DNA of 64,000 bases, taken from contig NC_067402.1 of the NCBI RefSeq assembly GCF_016432865.1, positions 10,540,001-10,604,000 of the forward strand, written 5' to 3'. Each line of letters begins with the position of its first letter. Position 1 is the first letter of the stretch. The position numbers and the translations under genes are program-made. Below, piece by piece: positions 24,260 to 36,480 of this stretch. The notes beneath the pieces were generated by a model. That model did no database searches. It saw only the letters and a program-made list of their open reading frames with translations, and had not been told where the DNA came from. The stretch comes from Antechinus flavipes (taxonomy: Eukaryota).

Positions 24260-26260
24260 GATCTTAAAGCCCAGTAGCAAAAGATAGAGAAATTCCATTT
24301 GAAATAACTATAAATAGCATAAAATACTTATATGTCTATCTGCCAAGACAAGCCCAGGAATTATGTTCCAGTAGAAGACTTTGTACATAAGACACAGTAG
24401 TCAATGACCATCACAAGCTAGTATTTAATAAACCTAAAGACTCCAACTTTTGAGATAAGAATCATATTTTTGTGTGTGCTAAAAGCTTCAGGGAAGACTT
24501 GAAAACAATAAGACACAAACTATCTATAGAACAGCATTTTACAAAGTGTACCGAAATAAGATCAACATGGGTGCATGATATAGACAAAAAAGGTAACACC
24601 ATAAGCAAATTAGAAGAGCAAGAAATAATCTATCTGTCACATCTATGGGAATGGGGGAAATTTCATGCCAAACAAGAGATATCACTACAAATTGGAAAAT
24701 AAGCAAATTTTATTATATTAAATTTAAAAAGCTCTTGTACAAATGAAACCTATCCACTCAAGACTGAAAGTAAACCAGAAAACTGGGTAACAATTTTATA
24801 GCAAGTGTCCCTGATAAAAATTTCTTTTCTTAAATATATAGACAACTGTGTCAATTTTATAAGAATAAAAGCCATTTCTAATTTGCTAGATGGTCAAAGG
24901 ATATGGAGAGGCAGTTTTCAGAGGAAGACATCAAAACTATGTATAAACATATGAAGAAACTTGTAAATCACTTTTTATTAAAGAAATGAAAATTTAAAAT
25001 ACATGTGCTACCACATCATAACTATTAGAATGGCTAATATGACAAAAAAGGAAAGTGATAAATGTTGCAAAAGATGTGGGAAAATTGGGATACTATGTGT
25101 AATGACCACATATTTAAAATCAGCCTGAATCAGGAATTCAGGTTAAGGGAAAAATCTTCCATCTTTATTGAAGTGAAGAGGTGAATAAAGATTGCGATAG
25201 CAATATGGGCAAGAAAGATTGCGATAGCAATATGGGCAGCTGCAATAGGAATCCAGCTAACAGAGGGGGATCTGAGCTGAAAGGGCCGTCGCAATGGCAA
25301 ATGCAAGCAGTCTCTCCTTCCCCTTCCTTTTCCACTCCCCTGCCTCCACCCACCAAAATCCTCATTTCCTATACAACACATCAGGACTTGCACAAAGAAT
25401 GGGCGGGGCCATTCTTCTCCAAGCTTATATATTAATAGAGTATGGTCCAATTACTATTTAGCCTCATGTGCTTGGGACCTCAGTGCATCAACTCAAGCCT
25501 CAGCCCATTACACTAATGAATTGTTGGTAGAGTTGTGAACTGATCCAACCATTCTGGAGAGCAATTTGAAACTATGCCCAAGGGGCAATTAAATTGTGCA
25601 TATCCTTTGGTCTAGTAATAGTATTACTAGATCTATATACCAAAGAGAATATAAAAAGGGAAAAGGATCTATGTGTGCAAAAATTCTTATAGTATCTCTT
25701 TTTGGGTGGCAAAATATAGGAAGATGAATGTGTGCCCATCAGTTGGAGAATGGCTGAGCAAGCTGTAATATAGGAATGTGATAGACTACTTTTGTGCAAT
25801 AAGAAATGATGAGCAGACAGATTTCAGAAAAATCTGGAAACTGATGAAAAGTGAAATGAATAGAACCAGGAAAGTATTGTATATAGTATCACTAACATTG
25901 TGCAATGACCAATTATGATTGTCTGAAATCTCAGCAATACATGATTCAAGACAAGTAGAAAGGTTTCATGAAGAAAACTGTTATTCATAACCACATAAAG
26001 AAGTGATGGACTCTAAATGAAGATTAAAGCATTTTTTCCCCACTCTAATCTTTCTCATGCTCTCCTCACCTTTTAATCTTTTTCTTTTTTATCTTTCACA
26101 GTTGTGCCTAATAGAGCAAACATATAAACTATATCAAACTCTACCATTTTCAGAAGAGAGAAGGGGAAAGAGGGAGAAAAATTTGGAACTCAGAGAATTT
26201 TATAAAAATGAATCCTAAAATGTTTCTTTACATGTAACTGGAGGGAAAAAATACTAATTA
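24260..26260 (+). mobile_element. Older L1 3' fragment (ORF2 end plus 3' UTR) interrupted by a solo LTR
   Basis: 'ggtcaaaggatatggagaggcagttttcagaggaag...attaaagaaatgaaaattt...ccattctggagagcaatttgaaactatgcccaaggg'. Confidence 0.8.
25098..25512 (-). mobile_element. ERV solo LTR
   Basis: Terminal inverted TGTAATG...CATTACA; imperfect TSD (ctatg/ctaatg); minus-strand TATA-like sequence at ~25425 and AATAAA at ~25165; L1 sequence resumes seamlessly on both sides. Confidence 0.85.
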
Positions 26261-26269
26261 AAAAAAATT

Positions 26270-27220
26270 ACCTTCCTGAAAAGGTTTTACCATGTCATCT
26301 CCCTCTTCAATGAACTCCAATGTTTCCCTGTTCTTTCCACATTCAAATATGAAATCTTCTGTTTGGCTTTTGAACTTCATCATAATATTGTTTCCTACAA
26401 TTTTTTCCATGCTCCTTATGTCTTACTCTCTTTCCCATGCTCTGTTTCAGTGACAAGGTGTTCCTCGTTCTTTTCATAAGATACACTTTATCTCCTGTCT
26501 CAAAACATTTTCTTGAAGGGTGCCTCACGTTTCTCTCTCCTCCTGCCTTCCTCCTCTCTCCATCCTCTTCCTCCCTCTCCNNNNNNNNNNNNNNNNNNNN
26601 NNNNNNNNNNNNNNNNNNNNNNNNNNNNNNNNNNNNNNNNNNNNNNNNNNNNNNNNNNNNNNNNNNNNNNNNNNNNNNNNNNNNNNNNNNNNNNNNNNNN
26701 NNNNNNNNNNNNNNNNNNNNNNNNNNNNNNNNNNNNNNNNNNNNNNNNNNNNNNNNNNNNNNNNNNNNNNNNNNNNNNNNNNNNNNTTATTCTCCTTCTC
26801 CTCTTCTCTTCTTTTATTCTCCTTTTCTTTTTCTTTTTCTCCTCCTCCTCCTCCTCTCCTCCTCCTCCTCCTCCTCTTCCTCCTCCTCCTTCTTCTTCTT
26901 TCTTTTCCTTTCTTTTCTTCTCTGTCTATCTCTCTGTGTCTCTCTCCTCTTCTTAGCCTTCTGCCTTACCTGGTTTCCTTCAAGGAAGTTAAAGTCCATC
27001 CTGTGGAAAGGTTTTCTAAGTCATTTACTATATCGTGTGTACATACTTATTTGCATATTGTCTCCCTCATTAGACTGTAAATTCTTTGAGGGAAGAAACT
27101 ATTTTTGTTTAGTTTTATGTTTTTGTGTTCCTCCTCCCCGTCTTTGTAGCCTAGAACCTAGCATAGTGCCTGGCACATAGTAAGTACTTAATAGATACTT
27201 GTTGACTCATGGCCTGACTG
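26270..27220 (+). mobile_element. L2 3' end split by a CT-rich microsatellite and a gap
   Basis: 'tcttctgtttggcttttgaac...' then 'tagactgtaaattctttgagggaagaaact...cctagcatagtgcctggcacatagtaagtacttaatagatacttgttgact'. Confidence 0.75.
26540..26950. repeat. (CT)/(CCT)/(CTT) polypyrimidine tract containing a 206-N gap (26581-26786)
   Basis: Read directly; source of spurious poly-S/L/P ORFs. Confidence 0.95.
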
Positions 27221-27639
27221 ATGAGATCATGCACAAGCCACATCAATTATGGAAGACCATGGTCTAAGAGGGAGTGGGATTGTATTCCTTCTTCATAAAA
27301 TTATTGAGCCTTAGGAAGCATAATTATAATATTTTAAATAAATTTTATGAGAGTAACGGGGACCAACATTTTCCCTTCTGTTTTTAAACTATCATATCTT
27401 ATAAACTTATGAAATCTTATAAATCTATTGTTTCAGTCAACTTCTCAGCAAAAATCTCTTGCCTTTGAATCTGAAAAACTTTTATATTGCCCAAATGCTG
27501 TGATATTCTTGACAATTTTGTTTAACTGTGAGAGCACATGCTTTTTGGTAGCAAGAAAGAATTGGAAGCAAAGTAAATGCTCATTACTTGGAGCAACTGC
27601 TAAATAATCAATAGTCTGTGATTGCAATTTGCATTACTT

Positions 27640-28090
27640 TACCTAAGAAATAACAAAAAGGAAAAAATACAGAGATACTTAGGAAAACTTGTACAAACTG
27701 ATTTAAATGGAGAGCCAAGAGCATGAATTCCACAATAATTATGGTGATAAAAGCAGAAAGAACCAGAAAGAAAAGAGAAATAAAATGAATGATAATGAAA
27801 TCATAGTGGCCAAGCTTAGTTATAAAAAAGGGAACAAAATATTTATATCTCCTTGTCTTTATAGTAAAGGTGAGAGGATGGAAGGAGTGTAATTTACATA
27901 CCGTCAGAAATGGCTAATATGTCAGTTGCTTTCATCAAACTGCTTTTATTGGTGGTGGTTTTGTTCTCTTTCCCATTTAATTTTAACTTACAGGGTTGAA
28001 GTAAGAGGAGTTAGGATATGTTTTAAAATGAATGAGGTATAAAAATAAAATACATTAATAAAAGTCATTTGTATAGTACCAACAAAGATA
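27640..28090 (+). mobile_element. Old L1/HAL1 3' fragment
   Basis: 'gaaaacttgtacaaactgattt...gctaatatgtcagttgctttcatcaaactg...attaataaaa'. Confidence 0.5.
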
Positions 28091-30639
28091 TAGCCATTGT
28101 TAAGTAAAGTCCACACAAAAAGATAACAAGATTCAGGAACAAGACAAAGAACAATGCAGTCATAAAACCACATCAAATTTCAAGATGGTGTCCTTTCTTT
28201 CTGTTAAGAAGGGGGTCAGCTAAAAATGTAGTGATCTCTCTTCTAAAAATTTTGTTTTGTAGTGCTTTTGCTGAACTCTTTTTCAGGGAATGCTCAGGGT
28301 GAGGGTGGGAACAATTTGTTTAGAACGTTATTGGACAACAACTGTTTAGATAAAAATAGAAGAAAGATTGGAAGAAAAGTAACAGATGTTTAGGAGAAAT
28401 AATCTGTTAAGAATGTTTAACACTTATTTCTATTAAAAAAATGCAAATTCCTTAAAAGAGTAACAGAGAAGATACTGTATACTGTCTATTAAGCCCATGT
28501 TCCCATAGATTCTTTATTCCATGGTTTTATGCCTGAAAAGTATTCTTTATTTCAGTTAGTTTTCAAATTCTATGAATTAAATTAAATGAGAAAGTCTTTT
28601 TTTTTTTTAAAGTTTCCCATTCACAATTATGTCTCCATTGCCTATAGATGAACTTACACTTCTGTGCACATATCATTTCTAATACTGGAACATCAGCACC
28701 ATGACAGCAATGATGATTTTTTTATTGGCCTTTGTTTTCACCAGTAGCTTCATTCAATTCTTGAGCATTTCCTAAGTGATTGTTGTCTTCTGTTGGCATG
28801 TAATAGAAAGGGATACTGCAATAAAATTGCTCTATAGATACATTTGCCATTAGCCAAAATGCCTGGACTGAACTATATCCCTCTTCCCCTTCCCTTTCTC
28901 CTTTCTCTCCTATTGAATTTTAAAAAGCATTTTCTTTCTTTGCTATCTCTAAAAGCAAGGATCACAATTTTAAGTACAGTCCAAATTAATGCCTCCAAGT
29001 TTTGTAGCAAATGGCTGAAAAGCCAGCACATAACCTCAAACTGAGAAACTTTCTATCTTCCAACAGCTCTGCTAAATGTCCTCCAGTTTTCTGAGTTGGA
29101 CAAAACAAAGCTTACCTCAGAGCATGAAGCTAAAAGAAAGACTTTTGATAAGGACCTAGCTATTTTGCTTGTCCAAGTGCCAGAATGCAAAACAAGCAAG
29201 ATCTATGTTAAGAGAAAAGAAGTCTGGCAGATAAAAGATGGCCACTTGCAGCCATTTGTGGTCATAAGAAAGATGCTTTATGATGCAAACTTAGGTTCAA
29301 ATGCAACTTCTATTGTCATTTAGCTGTGCAGACATGGACAATTCATTGAACCTCATTGATCTTCCATTTTCTAATTTATAGCATGGAGATTATAACAATT
29401 GCTCTTACAGAGTCATGAAACTCAAATGAAATAATCCATGTGAATCACTTTGCAAATTTTAACTACATAAAATCATTGACTTGAAGCTTCAAATGATTTC
29501 AAATGTCATACGGTCCAAATTTCTCATTTTACAAATTAGGAAACTGAGAATCACAGAAGGTGAATTATTTGCCCCACATCCTCCAGGTGGTAATTGTCAA
29601 AGCTGAGATTTGAAGCCAAGTCTCATGCACATGAAGCCAGAACCTTTTCAACTTCACCAAATTTCCCTTTGAGACAGGGCTCATCCAATCTCAGTGTCTA
29701 CAGATCTGGACATGACAAGACTCAGAGGTCTTATAATTTAACCCATTCATTTTATAGTTAAAGAAATTGAGACTCCAGGATTTTAAGTATCTTACCTGAG
29801 GTTGCACAAGTAACAAAAAGAGGTAGGATTCGAGTATGCTTTGCCAGGTTGTCTCCCCACGATAGGGGAATGTCAATGGGAAATATGGAATACTCTATAA
29901 TTCTCATTGCCTCACTGGGACCTGGTATTCTTACATTTACTTTGAGAATAATAACTAGCAATATTTCCCATGTTTGGAACTGAAAATGCCTCCATTAGCA
30001 ATAGAAGTCCTCAATGAGAAGAGGCCTGGGAATGATGATTTGTTATTAATTTTTGAGTGATTCAAGGAAAGCATCATGGGCTGCTGCCATTTCTATTCTT
30101 TCCCTTTAATTTTTGGGTGCTTCAGTAAAATTAAAGCTACTAAAAATAAAGAGCACGGCATATTAAGGTGAGGGTAGAATGTCAGACAAAAAAAAAAAAA
30201 TGACTTTCTCAGCCTTTGAATTCAACTTAACCCTCCCACAGTGCTTGGAATTCCTTTGGTCTTGTGCTTATGCTATGTGACTCTCAGACCTTTATTAGTG
30301 GTTGAGGAGTTTTCCAACTTATAAATGCCATAGGTTTCCTAACTGCTTCAGAAGTCAACAAGTCCACCCAAACTCACTTCCCTCTCATTGTCTTATTTTA
30401 AAAAATAATGAACAATGGAAGGATTGTTTTATTTGTCCCATAACCACAGGACTTTGGAATTTTAGTGGCTGCTAGTTTCTTCTTATATACTATTTTCTTT
30501 CTTGGGGATCTGTGGGGATTTTTATTTTGTCTTGGGGGACTTATTTCCTTTTTCTTTTCCAAATCTTTGTCTAGGTTTACTTTTATTTTTGGCTTCACTT
30601 ATTGATTCTTAAACTGGATTAATCATCTTTCTCTGGACA

Positions 30640-31440
30640 TGTTTAAGACCTCTCTGTTACCTCCCTCCCAGTCACCCAGGTATGCTGGCTTGGAGTCATC
30701 CCCAACCCTTGCCTCTCCATCCACCGCCATACTCAATCACTTGCCAAGTCTTAGCAATTCCACTTCCAAAATCTCTCCAATATCTTTTTCCTTTCCACTG
30801 AAACTGCCAGTTTCCCTAATTCAGGTACTTAAACTCTCACAAGGACTATTGTAACAGTCTCTTAATTGGTCTTCCTACTCCCAGTTTCCCCCTCTAAACC
30901 ATCTTCTTACGCATCTGCCAATATCACAGTCCTAAAGCAAAGTTCTGACCATGTAACTCCCTTCCCAAAGAAGCTTTATTGAGTTCCTATTATCTTAACA
31001 ATAGAATATGAATGAATTTTCTGTTACTTAAAGATTTGGCTCCAATCTATCTTTCCAGACTCAGATATTCTCTATCACATTTTATGTTCTAGCTAATCTG
31101 GCCTCATTGGTTTCCCCTGCATGACATCTTGTCATCTTGCTTTGTACTTGGTGTCTCTCCTACCCCGCTCTGCAAACGAGTAATACACTCAAATTTTAGC
31201 TTAGATGTTGTTTCCTTAGTGAAAGATTTCTTGAGAGCCATTCAACTCATCTAGCTCCCTAATTACCCTGGCACTGACTCTTGATATGCTCTATGGTCTA
31301 TAAATTTACTTATCTGTGAAAAATCACTTTTGGTATCCTGTCTTTATAATGTGAGCTTCTGGAGGACTGGAACTATTTTCCTATTCATTTTGAATTCTAT
31401 TCACAGAAACGTTGCCTTGCACAAAGTAGATGTTTGCTAA
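30640..31440 (+). mobile_element. L2 LINE 3' fragment
   Basis: 'caaggactattgtaacagtctcttaattggtcttcc...ctgaccatgtaactccccttccc...gtgagcttctggaggactggaactattttc...gcacaaagtagatgttt'. Confidence 0.7.
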
Positions 31441-31699
31441 TTAATTTATGTTAATTAAAACTAATTTATTTTCTATTTTCTCCAATTACATGTAAAAACA
31501 AATTTAAGATTCTTTTTTTTTTTAATTTTTAATTTTAAATTTTCTCCCTCCTCTTTTTCCTTCCCTGAGATGGCAACCAATTTAATATAGGTTATATCTG
31601 TTTAATCATTTAAAAAGTATTTCCATATTAGTCCTGTTGTAAGAGAAAATACATAGCAAAAAGACAAGCAAGAAAAATTAAGTTTAAAGGGTATGCTCT

Positions 31700-31882
31700 G
31701 GGACAGCTAAGCTGAACAATGGATAGAGCGCCAGCCCTGAAGTCAGGAGGACCTGAGTTCAAATATGGCCTCAGATACTTAACACTTCCTAGCTCTGTGA
31801 CTGACTCTGGGCAAGTCACTTAACCCCAATTGCCTCATCCAAAAACAAAAAACAAACAAACAAACAAACAAACAAAAAAAAC
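31700..31882 (+). mobile_element. WSINE1 SINE with (CAAA)n tail
   Basis: 'gggacagctaag...ggatagagcgccagccctgaagtcaggaggacctgagttcaaat...gggcaagtcacttaaccccaattgcctc' with pol III A/B boxes. Confidence 0.92.
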
Positions 31883-32003
31883 AAGAATGCTCTGATCCCC
31901 ACTCAGACTCTCCTTCTTTCTCTGGAGGTGAATAGGATTTTTTTATTATAAGTCCTTTGGATTTTATGATTATCTATCTTGCTTTTATTAGTAAGATTGA
32001 CAT

Positions 32004-32463
32004 TGTAATGCCAGAGAAACTGAGCAAGAGAGAGATTAGAGAACGATTTAATAATTTATTAAATGGAGAGATTTACTGGGACCAAAGGACCCAAGTTTGG
32101 TCACAGGGCTGAAAGAGACTATCGTCTCAAAGAATCCAGCCCTGAATATCAGACAGCAAAACTCTTTTATAGGATAACAAAAACAATCACATAATGGGGG
32201 AGATACTTGGATGGGGATAACCTAATGGGGGGAGGCACCTAGGATGACATAATGGAGGGAGGTTACTGATATTCTAATGATGTCTAAAATGGATAAACCT
32301 TTATCCTGTCAAACATTAAGAAGAAATGATTATAGCCTAAAGATATAAAACCTTTATCTCATCAAACATTAAGAGGGAAAGGTTATAACCTGAGGCAAAG
32401 TGACTAAATAGGACAATTAGAGAAACTGGGTCAGGACATTAAAAAGGGAACTGTGGCACAACA
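32004..32463 (-). mobile_element. ERV1-like solo LTR
   Basis: TG...CA ends; exact 4-bp TSD ACAT (32000-32003 and 32464-32467); minus-strand AATAAA at ~32054 and TATAAAA at ~32165. Confidence 0.85.
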
Positions 32464-33390
32464 ACATCTCTGCTCTATAACTGCAGGTGAGCATTTGGGA
32501 CCCTCATTCAGAATTTCTATTCTATCAGAGATTTTTTTCCCAACTCAAACTCTGTTTCCCAAAATTCTTATTTCTGAGGCACTTTCAGTTCATTAGTAGG
32601 TTAATGGTCCAAAGCCAATAGACATTGATTTGTTTCTTTTCTTCTCTTCAACCTTCCTTGCTGGTGTTCTTTTTCTAAATTCTGTTCTATTCTATTCAGC
32701 TGTATTTAATTGACCATCTAGATCCTAATCTAGGCATTAGAGAAACAGAAACAAAAGCTATAGTCCCCATCCTTAAGGATGGCTATGGAGACGGTTTTAT
32801 TTTTATTTTTGTATCCTTGTTGCATAGCTTCATGTCTGGAAAACAGTGGGTACCTAATTGCTGTTGTTGAGTTATGGCTCATGGCTTTCTATCTAAGGTT
32901 TGGTGACTTTGAATTCCAGATTTCATAATTAAATTCTTTGGCTACATTATGAAAAAACAAGCCTCATCAGAAGAGACCCTGCTGTTGAGAGACTCAAGGC
33001 AAATGGAAAAGATTATGGCAGAGGATGAGATGGATAAATAGTATCATGAAAACAATAATTGTGATCTTTGACAGATTTCAAGAGATAAAGAGAAAGAGAA
33101 ATAGAGACACAGATACAGAGACACACACAGAGAGAGACAGTAACAGAAAGAGTATAGAGACAGTGCTAATATTTTATTTTTATTGTATTTAAAACTGTTA
33201 AAAAAAAAAAAACATTCTTAGCTCACTGGATTACAAAACTAGACAGCAGGCCAGATTTGGTCTTCTGGCCAAAATTTTCTGACTTCTGCAAGGTTTAAAA
33301 AGCACTATATATATACATATACATATATATTATATTATATTATATTAATTATTATATTGTTTGATTCCTTTCAATAACTCAATGAAGTAG

Positions 33391-33550
33391 AGGCAGCTAG
33401 TTGGTGTGATGGATAGAACACCAGCCCTGAAGTTAGGAGAACCTGAGTTCAAATCTGGCCTCAAATACTTAACATTTCCTGGCTGTGTGAACCTGGGCAA
33501 GTCACTTAACCTCAATTGCCTCAGCAAAATAAATAAGTAAATAAATAAAT
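33391..33550 (+). mobile_element. WSINE1 SINE nested in a MIR
   Basis: Typical WSINE1 body and (AAAT)n tail; flanking near-duplicate 'aactcaatgaagta'/'aaccccaatgaagta'; MIR sequence on both sides. Confidence 0.88.
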
Positions 33551-33769
33551 GAACAACCCAATGAAGTAAATACCATTATTATCTCCATTTTACAGATGAG
33601 GAAACAAACTGAGAGTTACAAACTGGTATAGGGTTACAAAGCTAATTATTGATCAATGTGGAATTCAAACTCAAGTCTTCCTGACTTCAAGTCTAGCACT
33701 CTGTGCACTTTACCACCTAGTAGCTCCACATCTCTCTGTTTGTATATTTGTCTGACTGTTCTATGTGTG

Positions 33770-34300
33770 TGTGTTGTTGTTTGTCCTTTGTTCAAGAAGA
33801 GGACCAGGACATCAGGGAGGTGATATCTTGACATGCAAATGAACTGGATTGAAGTGCCAGAGGGCTATGTAAGGTCACCTGCCTCACTTTTACCTCCAGA
33901 GCCATCTGGGTCCAGTGGTCAGTTATAGATCAGATCAGGAGGACTTCAGTGATGACCCTGGATGCAATGAAAGATCTTGGCCTTTTTAGGCTAAGATGTA
34001 ACAAGCCTCAACTGGAGTGAGGCCACGCCCATTCAGTGATTAAGGCTAGATAGCAATTGAGGTAGAGAATCTTCTCTAAATAAATAAGTGAATGAATCTG
34101 GGAAGGGAAGACCCTCAGGGTTTCTGGTGAAAGCAGAAATGACTGCTATTTATATTCAATCCAAGTCAATCAGGACACAAATAGTGACCAAATAAAGCTT
34201 ACCCATTGGTGGTCAATCAATGAGAATCAGATTAGTTTGGTTATAAGGCATGGTCCTTATGATATCTAGCCAGTTAATCCCAAGATATCTTGGAAAGGTT
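33770..34300 (+). mobile_element. Marsupial RTE-associated SINE (WALLSI-like)
   Basis: 'gttgttgtttgtcc...gaggaccaggacatcagggaggtgat...ctccagagccatctgggtccagtgg...ccttttaggctaag...cccattcagtgattaaggctag'; family name uncertain. Confidence 0.6.
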
Positions 34301-34336
34301 CAGAGATACAAAAGAAAAGAAGAAGAAAAAAAAAGC

Positions 34337-34907
34337 TGTTAAGAACATATGTTGGTAATGATAAAATACTGATGAGGTCCAGAATGGTGTTTTGAACAGA
34401 CAGAAACTAAAGAATTTATCCCTGAGGCAAGTAAGGAGAAGGCACTCATAGAGATCTGTTTAGCTCCATGGCCCCACCCTCTGGGGAGGTTGTCATTCTC
34501 AATCCAAGTTATGTCAAATCCTTGGGACACACCCTCTGTAGGGGTCTTGAGTAGTCTCACCTTGCCAAGCCCTTTAAGAATTCCAAGTCATACCCTGAGG
34601 TTAAATTTTCCCTATAAAAATCTACTTATGGGCCTTCCCATGGCTGCTACCCTCCTTTGGTTCAGTCTACCCTGGTACATGCCCTTGTGGTATCTTTGCT
34701 CTTTTCCTTCTCCCATGTCACATGGTATTTCGCCTAACTCCACTATGCTTCTCAACCCCACTTGTCCTTATAAGTAACTAATTCTTTCAGGGTGATAATT
34801 CCCTTTCAGGAAAACTCCATCCTGTTCTTTCTGACTCTATTTCATAATTACTATTTCCAGCATCTATTGCAAATCTTTATTTTGTCCAAAACCTCTTCCC
34901 CTAAACA
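34337..34907. mobile_element. Probable solo LTR
   Basis: TGTT...AACA ends, 3/4 flank match (aagc/aatc), CTATAAAA at ~34612. Confidence 0.4.
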
Positions 34908-35150
34908 AATCTACCTTTTGCCAAAGAGAATGGCCATTGTTAATTCTTCATGACAGAACCCCAACTTACCAACATCTAGTGTCTTCATTACCCACACCAT
35001 GTTGGTCCTCAACCACATTAATAACTCATCTTGATCTATATCTGGCCACTGGACCCAGATGACGCTGAAGGACAAAGTAAGGCGACTTTGCCCAGCACTC
35101 TGTGAGTAAAGCTGGTCAAGAAATTGGACTTGGTCAGTTGGAAGGAATAT

Positions 35151-35226
35151 TCCTTCCTTCCTTCCTTCCTTCCTTCCTTCCTTCCTTCCTTCCTTTCTTC
35201 CTTCCTTCCTTCCTTCCTTCCTTCCT
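35151..35226. repeat. (TTCC)n / GGAA microsatellite
   Basis: Read directly. Confidence 0.97.
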
Positions 35227-36094
35227 TTCTCCCATGCCACATGCTATTTCCCCTAACTCTACTATGCTTCTCTATGACACTTCTCCTCCTTATAAATAAC
35301 TTACTTGTTTAGGAGAATTGCGCATATTTGACCTATTTTGGATTGTTTGCTGTTTTGGGGAGGGAGGAGAAAAATTTGGAACACAAGTTGAAAACTGTCT
35401 TTGCATGTATTTGGAAAAACAAAATACATTTTTTTTAATGCCCCTTAATGCCATTGGAAATCTTTAAAAATTAAGGGAAAACAACAATTATTTTTCAATC
35501 TAATCATATCTAATATTAGTCACTGATGATCAGAAGCAATCTAAAGAACACCTAAATGCCTCGATTACAGGGGAATAGAGTATTTGCATTTGGGAGCAGA
35601 AAAATTGTTCAGCGTCATTTATTCTGTAGTCAGTGGTATACATGCACAAAGATACATATACCTCAACATATATGGATATGTACTTAATTTATGATATGCG
35701 GAACATATTAGAAACTAGGTGAGGGTTTAATGAATTTGGAGATTTAATGATTTGGAGAAAACAACAAAGGGATTTGATTGTAAAATCTGTTATTTCTTAG
35801 ACATTATCAAGTGGATTAGCTAGGTCAGAAAGCATGCATGTCAACATTACCTAGTTATAGCACTTTCTGGTTTCCATAAAGAAGTCGTCTAAGGAAGGCA
35901 ATTGTTTGAATGATTTCTTTTGCAAACATGGAAACTTCAAATATTGCATATTTCAATTAATCCTAATGATGGGTCCCAGTGTTACAAGAACTACAACCAA
36001 ATTTTCATATAATCAGATTATATAAGAGCTTTAAATAGTTATTTAAAAAAAATAATAATGGCTTCATTAAAATGTTTTGGCAAGCTCTGCTATT

Positions 36095-36480
36095 TCAGTG
36101 ATCCTTGGATGAAAGGTACTGACTCACTGCCTTGAGCACGAAGTGGGCTTCATTCTCCCACCCACAGAGAATGGCAGACATCCATGGAGACATGTCCAGT
36201 GTTCTTTTATACGGGTGGGAACAATTGTTTTCTCCTCCAGCATCTGGCTTTGCCCAAGGCCACATGCTAGCAAAAGTGGGGCGGAAAGAGAACATGGCCC
36301 CATGGAAATCCTGTAATGCCTTGGTTTTTCTCTCTCCCGCCCCCCCCAAGAGTAGGCCCTGCAGGGATCGGTGGTGATCAGAAAACGAGGAAGGAAGCTT
36401 TTGTCCCAAGTCAAGGGAAGCAGCTCTTTCCATCTCCAGAACACATTGCTAAATTTTTCCAGGCCACATTTGGAAACTAG
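36095..36480. promoter_or_regulatory. Candidate enhancer or promoter-like patch
   Basis: Unique and GC/CpG-richer; AP-1 TGACTCA at 36120-36126, p53-type half-site AGACATGTCC at 36188-36197, GC boxes at 36278-36284 and 36336-36347. Confidence 0.35.

Noticed and set aside
26437-27180. Long ORFs of 147-247 aa
   Set aside because: Artefacts of an N-gap plus a CT-rich microsatellite and L2 sequence; ORFs spanning the gaps at 17241 and 45944 are likewise artefacts.
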